A stretch of 5,310 bases of DNA from positions 1 through 5,310 of the forward strand of contig JBHLPL010000121.1 in the NCBI GenBank assembly GCA_048939465.1. Reading direction: 5' to 3'. The notes beneath the pieces are model-generated. The model ran no database searches. It had not been told where the DNA came from and worked only from the letters and a program-made list of their open reading frames with translations. This DNA comes from Promethearchaeota archaeon (lineage in GTDB: Archaea > Asgardarchaeota > Odinarchaeia > Odinarchaeales > JBHLKK01). The position numbers and the translations under genes were made by a program. Of this stretch, positions 1 through 3,998 are shown in pieces (the first letter of the stretch is position 1; each line of letters begins with the position of its first letter).

Positions 1-20
1 GGCTTCTTGAGAAGGATAGA

Positions 21-35
21 TAAAGGATTATATAA
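21..35 (+). promoter_or_regulatory. Distal archaeal promoter (BRE + TATA box) upstream of tbp
   Basis: TTATATAA at 28-35 is preceded by purine-rich TAAAGGA (21-27), matching BRE-TATA architecture. This predicts a start site near 58-60 and a leader of about 78 nt. The TATA is palindromic, but the purine-rich flank is on the + side. Confidence 0.55.
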
Positions 36-100
36 TATGAGAGTCAATTAGAATCTGTTCGATCATGGTTTCTGCATTATAGAATCCATAGATTTATGGC

Positions 101-113
101 AAATCTCTTTAAA
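101..113 (+). promoter_or_regulatory. Proximal TATA-like box of tbp
   Basis: TTTAAA at 108-113 ends 23 nt before ATG 137, the spacing expected for a leaderless transcript. The BRE (AAATCTC) is weak. Confidence 0.35.
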
Positions 114-120
114 CTAGTTA

Positions 121-125
121 GAGGT
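121..125 (+). promoter_or_regulatory. Shine-Dalgarno-like site for tbp
   Basis: GAGGT at 121-125 lies 11 nt before ATG 137 and overlaps the track's TTG at 125, so it favours ATG 137 as the start. Confidence 0.45.
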
Positions 126-136
126 TGAGTTTGATT

Positions 137-697
137 ATGGAAAGTAACAAACGGGATATAAATTATAAGGTAGAAAATGTCGTGGCGTCTGTTACTCTTG
201 AAGATCGCATCGATCTAAACAAACTGGCAGAGAACTGCAGTGAAGCAGAGTATGACCCATCACAATTCCCGGGACTTGTACTGCGATTAAAGGAACCCAA
301 AGCTGCAATCCTTGTTTTTAATACAGGAAAGATGGTCGTAACTGGACTGAGAAGTGAGGAAGATGCCCCTACTGTTGTAGAAAAAATAATTGAGAGAATC
401 AGAGAGGCAGGAATTTCGGTCAAAAGCCAAGCCAAGATTAAGGTTCAGAATATTGTTGCATCAGGAAGCCTTGGAGCTGCACTGGATTTGGAAATCGCTT
501 CAATAACCTTGGAGGATTCCTTATACGAACCAGAGCAGTTTCCGGGATTGATCTACAGAGCAAAGAATCCTAAGGTAGTGTTCCTGCTTTTCAGCTCTGG
601 CAGGATAGTGTGCACCGGAGCAAAGAAGGAAACGGATGTCAAGGAAGCAGTCATGCGGTTAGATCGTAGATTAGAAGAACTGGGAATCTATGCTTGA
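137..697 (+). CDS. tbp: TATA-box-binding protein (archaeal TBP), about 186 aa
   Basis: Two TBP half-repeats: ENVVAS...EYDPSQFPGLVLRLKEPKAAILVFNTGKMVVTG and QNIVAS...YEPEQFPGLIYRAKNPKVVFLLFSSGRIVCTG. All four DNA-intercalating Phe and both core Asn are present. The track starts at TTG 125; the in-frame ATG 137 is preferred from SD position and protein length. Confidence 0.97.
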   Translation: MESNKRDINYKVENVVASVTLEDRIDLNKLAENCSEAEYDPSQFPGLVLRLKEPKAAILVFNTGKMVVTGLRSEEDAPTVVEKIIERIREAGISVKSQAKIKVQNIVASGSLGAALDLEIASITLEDSLYEPEQFPGLIYRAKNPKVVFLLFSSGRIVCTGAKKETDVKEAVMRLDRRLEELGIYA

Positions 698-722
698 CTA
701 CTATGGCTAACTACTATGCTTG
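684..722. repeat. 13-bp imperfect tandem repeat, about 3 copies, at the convergent gene junction
   Basis: 684-696 GAATCTATGCTTG, 697-709 ACTACTATGGCTA, 710-722 ACTACTATGCTTG. The 9-mer CTATGCTTG is exact at 688-696 and 714-722. Confidence 0.85.
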
Positions 723-1256
723 TATTAGTGTTCGTAGCAATCTAAGACGAAAGTAACCTTTTTTCCTAAGCTCGCTCAGATCATCCATTAACTTTATTCT
801 TACATACTCTTGGGGGCTGGGATTTGATACCAACCTGTGATAGCTGGCTTCAAAATCTTCGAAGTCAGAGACCTTCAGAAGCTTCTTCTCCGCAAGATCG
901 GAGATTGTGATCACTACGTCATTCTTCACCTGTCTTCCTTTTGTTAGTTCAAGACTTCTGACTCCATGTTTAGATACAAAGAAAGGAACTCCGGCAGAGT
1001 AGAATTGCATTGATATATTCCCCAGAGCTTTGCTCTTCTCCGCAATATCTGGAGTTTGTAGTGTCTGATCGAGCCATTCAGCAAATGTCTTTTTGGAGGT
1101 TGTAAATTTATGAGATGCAGAACCAGAGACATGAATCTCGGAATCGATCTCTGGCCTAGGTACTTCTCTTAATTCATAAGCAAGTTTGCCGACTTGCTGC
1201 TCAACTTTCTCGTCAGGTTCGTTCTCTTTCTTCCTTCTAAACCAACCTAAAGGCAT
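714..1256 (-). CDS. Hypothetical protein, about 180 aa, with a putative SCP2-like (sterol carrier protein 2 fold) lipid-binding domain and a basic/aromatic N-terminus
   Basis: The ORF is well supported: SD AGGTGAT (1267-1261) lies 4 nt before ATG 1256, the track's GTG 1265 is part of that SD, and the stop is TAG TAG. Segment FAEWLDQTLQ...ISMQFY...PFFVSK...LELTKGRQVKNDVVITISDLAEKKLL follows the SCP2 helix-strand-strand-strand-G-x-D-x-x-I-T/S-helix pattern. The fold call is by eye only (about 0.55). Confidence 0.8.
   Translation of the reverse strand: MPLGWFRRKKENEPDEKVEQQVGKLAYELREVPRPEIDSEIHVSGSASHKFTTSKKTFAEWLDQTLQTPDIAEKSKALGNISMQFYSAGVPFFVSKHGVRSLELTKGRQVKNDVVITISDLAEKKLLKVSDFEDFEASYHRLVSNPSPQEYVRIKLMDDLSELRKKGYFRLRLLRTLIQA
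757..767 (+). terminator. Candidate oligo(dT) terminator for tbp
   Basis: CCTTTTTTCCT (T6 at 759-764) is the first long T-run after the tbp stop, about 60 nt downstream. It may simply be the antisense of the RKKG codons of the convergent gene. Confidence 0.3.
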
Positions 1257-1260
1257 TAAA

Positions 1261-1267
1261 ATCACCT
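1261..1267 (-). promoter_or_regulatory. Shine-Dalgarno site
   Basis: AGGTGAT on the minus strand is a strong match to the archaeal anti-SD complement, 4 nt before ATG 1256. Confidence 0.75.
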
Positions 1268-1348
1268 TAATTTAATATGAACCCTTTTATTCCTATTAAT
1301 CCTATCGGAAATGATTGAATTTGGGAGGGGGTTAAAAGCAGTCTGCAG

Positions 1349-2968
1349 CTACTGTCTCTTTCCATATGTTTTTTCCAGCACTTCCTCTTCCGAAGTAGGC
1401 ATGCTGCTAAAGCGTTCATAGAAAATCCGTGAAAGAGCTGTAAGAAATGAGCTCTTGCCGCTTATCTCCCTTTCCTTTAGGCTGAGGAAAAGTTTCAGGA
1501 GTCTGGTAAGAAGTAGAATTCCAAGCCTTGAACCGAGCGAGTGTTGCTCGGTAGTTAAGCTGTACAGCGGGTCTATGTGGAGCACGTTGTGCTTCCAACA
1601 GGCTAGAAGAAGCTCCCATTGTTTCTTGCTCATGTAGTTTGCGATAAAAGCTTTTGCACGCTTTAATGTACATTGTTCCATGGGAACGAAGAATAAGGGC
1701 ACAAATAAGGAGGGATAGGGTCGCAAATCCCTTATCAGATCGATTGTTTCTTCCACGTCTTCCTCTTCTTCCCCAGGAAGACCCAGCATTAGAGTACTTA
1801 CGGTAACCCACCGATTTTCAGTCATTATACGCATGGCAGTCTTCACTATCTCAGGCCATTCATCGGCACTATAGGGCTTCGGCTTTCCGACCATGAGCTT
1901 TCCAATAAGCCTAGAACTTCCGGTTTCGATACCGGGCTGACAGCCGTAATATCGGTGTCCATGTTTTCTTAGGAGCTTCGTTAGCTTCTCGATGATCTCT
2001 GGTTGATAAGCAATAGGGGCCAGTGTCGAATGAGTTATGTAGACCTCTTTTGCTCCTGCCTCAAAAGCTGATTTGTATAGGTTGATTAAGGCATCCTCAT
2101 CTATCAAAAAACCATTGGACCCATATCTGAGCGCATCATCCGACTGGAGCGTTATGGCCTTAATTCCTGATTCCACGTGGACCTTAATATCCGGAATTAT
2201 CTTCTCCTCCAGAGGCAACATTCTCATTTTTCCGCTGGTTGCTGGAACGCAGAATCTGCACCCTCTTCCACACCCACGTGATATCTCAACAAGGCCAAAA
2301 ATAGAGGGGCCAAGTATCGGAGGTATCTCCTCAGGCCGAGCATTGGGACCATCAATCACCCTTTCCGAAGGAGTTTTGCCTTTCAGGAGGTCGCCAAAGA
2401 GGGTTGGTATTGTTCGTTCTCCCTCACCCCTTACTATATGGTCTATCCCCAGCTTATCGATAAGACCGGCGAGGCTAACCTGCCAAGACCCAGAACCTCC
2501 AAGAACCACTTTGAATCCGTATTTTTCTTTGAGTTGTTTTACACGTCTGAGCATTAGTCGTAGAAACTCTGCACGAGTATGAGGTATTCCTGAGAAAATA
2601 GTGCTCCAAGTAGTCGTGGATGGACCCAAACCTAGAGGATCCATTGCGGAAACTCCTACGATTTTAGTATTCCTCCCCACATGTTCTTCCAGATAATCCG
2701 GATGCACCACCTTTAGGCTTTTTCTTGGCACCACACCGCTGCTTACAAGAATTGCCTCAACAGTCCTTAGAGAAGGCGTGGCCAAAGCTACGCTCCCGTC
2801 AAGAGAAACATCCACAGGAGGACATAGAAGACTGAAATACAGGATGTCAGGACATACATTCGTAGGAAGGGAAGCTGCTAATCCCATATATAGGTTATTT
2901 CCATAAGTCGTAAGAAGCGTTTTGTCTGAAGTTAATACCACCTCAGTTCCATCGCGATTATTTCCCAT
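1349..2968 (-). CDS. Radical SAM enzyme with B12-binding-like N-terminal domain (COG1032-type; Grs/Gms-like archaeal group), about 539 aa
   Basis: CX3CX2C motif EISRGCGRGCRFC (Cys codons 2272-2249), VVLGGSGSWQ Rossmann strand, GIETGS and LMLGLPGE barrel motifs. N-terminal motifs VVLTSDKTLLTTY, SLRTVEAIL, HPDYL and DPLGLGP resemble those I recall from the GDGT ring synthase / GMGT synthase family. The track starts at GTG 2974; ATG 2968 is preferred because SD GAGGGAG (2980-2974) sits 5 nt upstream. The radical SAM call is high confidence; the lipid substrate is inference. Confidence 0.92.
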   Translation of the reverse strand: MGNNRDGTEVVLTSDKTLLTTYGNNLYMGLAASLPTNVCPDILYFSLLCPPVDVSLDGSVALATPSLRTVEAILVSSGVVPRKSLKVVHPDYLEEHVGRNTKIVGVSAMDPLGLGPSTTTWSTIFSGIPHTRAEFLRLMLRRVKQLKEKYGFKVVLGGSGSWQVSLAGLIDKLGIDHIVRGEGERTIPTLFGDLLKGKTPSERVIDGPNARPEEIPPILGPSIFGLVEISRGCGRGCRFCVPATSGKMRMLPLEEKIIPDIKVHVESGIKAITLQSDDALRYGSNGFLIDEDALINLYKSAFEAGAKEVYITHSTLAPIAYQPEIIEKLTKLLRKHGHRYYGCQPGIETGSSRLIGKLMVGKPKPYSADEWPEIVKTAMRIMTENRWVTVSTLMLGLPGEEEEDVEETIDLIRDLRPYPSLFVPLFFVPMEQCTLKRAKAFIANYMSKKQWELLLACWKHNVLHIDPLYSLTTEQHSLGSRLGILLLTRLLKLFLSLKEREISGKSSFLTALSRIFYERFSSMPTSEEEVLEKTYGKRQ

Positions 2969-2973
2969 AAACA

Positions 2974-2980
2974 CTCCCTC
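2974..2980 (-). promoter_or_regulatory. Shine-Dalgarno-like site
   Basis: GAGGGAG on the minus strand, 5 nt before ATG 2968. Confidence 0.55.
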
Positions 2981-3006
2981 TCAATTCTTAACCTTTAGGC
3001 AACCAC

Positions 3007-3020
3007 ATTTAAAGCTTTTT
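3007..3020 (-). promoter_or_regulatory. Archaeal promoter (BRE + TATA) of the radical SAM gene
   Basis: The minus strand reads AAAAAGC-TTTAAAT, a typical BRE/TATA pair. It predicts a start site near 2984 and a short SD-containing leader. Confidence 0.65.
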
Positions 3021-3040
3021 AACATTTTCTAGAAATCCAG

Positions 3041-3060
3041 AATATAAAAGAATAGAGGAA
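3041..3060 (-). terminator. Candidate pyrimidine-rich terminator of the membrane-protein gene
   Basis: Minus strand TTCCTCTATTCTTTTATATT begins about 20 nt after the TGA at 3084-3082. The longest T-run is only four. Confidence 0.3.
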
Positions 3061-3081
3061 GCCAAGGCTGGAAGTATATTC

Positions 3082-3837
3082 TCAGCATGTAGATTCTTTA
3101 GAGCCCACAGAAGCAGGGAAGGAGAGAATTTTAGTCTGCGGAACTTCCTCCCATTCGCCTTCCTCTGAAGAAGATTCATCGGCAGCAGTCTCGCCTGTCT
3201 CCTGTGTACCCTTGATCTTTCCAGCTCTCTTATCGATTACTTTCCTGCTTATGTAGCCGCCTAGCCCTCCAAGTACGATGGCAATCACCAGGTTGATTAT
3301 CATTCTTACAGCGACGACCTCAATTATAAGATTGATCAGCATCGAAAAGTAAAAGGAACCTCCGCCCATCATCATGTTTATTATGAAATCCATCAAGTCT
3401 CCGATTACCGGAATGCTAAATATTGCGAAGATGTCGATACCTGGTGGGGGGCTCATAGCCAAACTCTGCAATTGACTCATTACGGCGGGATCAATTTCCC
3501 AGGTAGAAAAATTAAGAAACGTTGATAGCATAACTAGTCCAAACGCGATCAATAAGAGAAACATTGTGGAGAAGATCGAAAATCCCACAACTATCCCACC
3601 CTTTCCTCTTGCTGCAATCAAACCACCAAAAAAACAAGAACTTGCCCAAATTGCGATATGGATAATATCCGAGTAGTCCCCTAATAGGTTGTAGAAAGCG
3701 GCTATAATGGGCCTCAGGGGATAGCCCAGTACTGGACCAAACCATGCGATTATCATTTCATATCCCAGTGGGAGAATGGTATATGCTATGCCGAAGGCGA
3801 TCAAGCTTCCTCCCAGCCAACCCAAGAACTTACTCAT
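3082..3837 (-). CDS. Hypothetical polytopic membrane protein (about 4-6 hydrophobic segments) with basic then acidic C-terminal tail, 251 aa
   Basis: ATG start with SD AGGAGAG (3851-3845) 7 nt upstream. Hydrophobic segments: FLGWLGGSLIAFGIAYTILPL, IIHIAIWASSCFFGGLIAA, IVVGFSIFSTMFLLLIAFGLVMLSTFL, IDIFAIFSIPVIG and MIINLVIAIVLGGLGGYIS. These are followed by RKVIDKRAGKIK and ETGETAADESSSEEGEWEE. Confidence 0.9.
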   Translation of the reverse strand: MSKFLGWLGGSLIAFGIAYTILPLGYEMIIAWFGPVLGYPLRPIIAAFYNLLGDYSDIIHIAIWASSCFFGGLIAARGKGGIVVGFSIFSTMFLLLIAFGLVMLSTFLNFSTWEIDPAVMSQLQSLAMSPPPGIDIFAIFSIPVIGDLMDFIINMMMGGGSFYFSMLINLIIEVVAVRMIINLVIAIVLGGLGGYISRKVIDKRAGKIKGTQETGETAADESSSEEGEWEEVPQTKILSFPASVGSKESTC

Positions 3838-3844
3838 GTTCTGT

Positions 3845-3851
3845 CTCTCCT
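3845..3851 (-). promoter_or_regulatory. Shine-Dalgarno-like site
   Basis: AGGAGAG on the minus strand, 7 nt before ATG 3837. Confidence 0.6.
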
Positions 3852-3934
3852 GCGAATGGATAAAGTCTTTATTTGTTATTACGCGAAGTCACTAATAATT
3901 TTATTGTACAAACTACAACAATCAGTCAATTCTA

Positions 3935-3950
3935 CGCAAAGATATTAATA
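3935..3950 (+). promoter_or_regulatory. Candidate promoter (BRE + TATA) of the surface protein gene
   Basis: CGCAAAGA followed by TATTAATA (3943-3950), about 50 nt before the start codon, within an AT-rich divergent intergenic region. Confidence 0.45.
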
Positions 3951-3987
3951 ACATAGTTGCATAAAATATGTTGATCATTGAATTCTT

Positions 3988-3995
3988 GTGAGGGG
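3988..3995 (+). promoter_or_regulatory. Shine-Dalgarno-like site
   Basis: GTGAGGGG lies 3 nt before GTG 3999 and 6 nt before TTG 4002. Confidence 0.55.
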
Positions 3996-3998
3996 AAT

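Noticed and set aside
163-435. 90-aa minus-strand ORF
   Set aside because: Antisense shadow lying wholly within tbp; no recognisable motif.
684-722. 13-bp repeats as a CRISPR remnant or insertion target-site duplication
   Set aside because: The units are contiguous with no spacers and far shorter than CRISPR repeats; there is no transposase or terminal inverted repeat nearby.
944-1132. 62-aa minus-strand ORF
   Set aside because: Alternative frame inside the SD-supported 180-aa gene; no protein-like features.
1323-1337. GGGAGGGGG run followed by TTAAAA (G-quadruplex or antisense promoter)
   Set aside because: Too few G-tracts for an intramolecular quadruplex; more simply read as a pyrimidine-rich tract after the radical SAM stop on the minus strand.
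1257-1351. TAG readthrough fusing the radical SAM enzyme to the SCP2-like protein
   Set aside because: The genes are in different frames, readthrough meets a TGA within the downstream SD, and the downstream gene has its own strong SD.
1455-1637. 60-aa plus-strand ORF
   Set aside because: Antisense shadow of the radical SAM gene.
1416-1811. 131-aa minus-strand ORF
   Set aside because: Alternative frame within the radical SAM gene; the Arg-rich composition is typical of an off-frame read.
2073-2582. 169-aa plus-strand ORF
   Set aside because: Antisense to the catalytic core of the radical SAM gene; its Ser/Pro/Ile-rich composition is explained by the sense-strand codons.
2968-2974. Assigning the gene symbol grsA, grsB or gms to the radical SAM gene, and using the track's GTG start
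   Set aside because: The motif resemblance is family-level and recalled, not computed, and one signature motif is divergent. The GTG overlaps the SD, so ATG 2968 is preferred.
3019-3084. Membrane protein ends Cys-TGA; selenocysteine readthrough would add U-EYTSSLGFLYSFIFWISRKC
   Set aside because: No SECIS-like hairpin is visible downstream, the tail is low-complexity with no redox motif, and the extension would run into the next promoter.
3512-3745. 77-aa minus-strand ORF
   Set aside because: Alternative frame inside the membrane protein gene.
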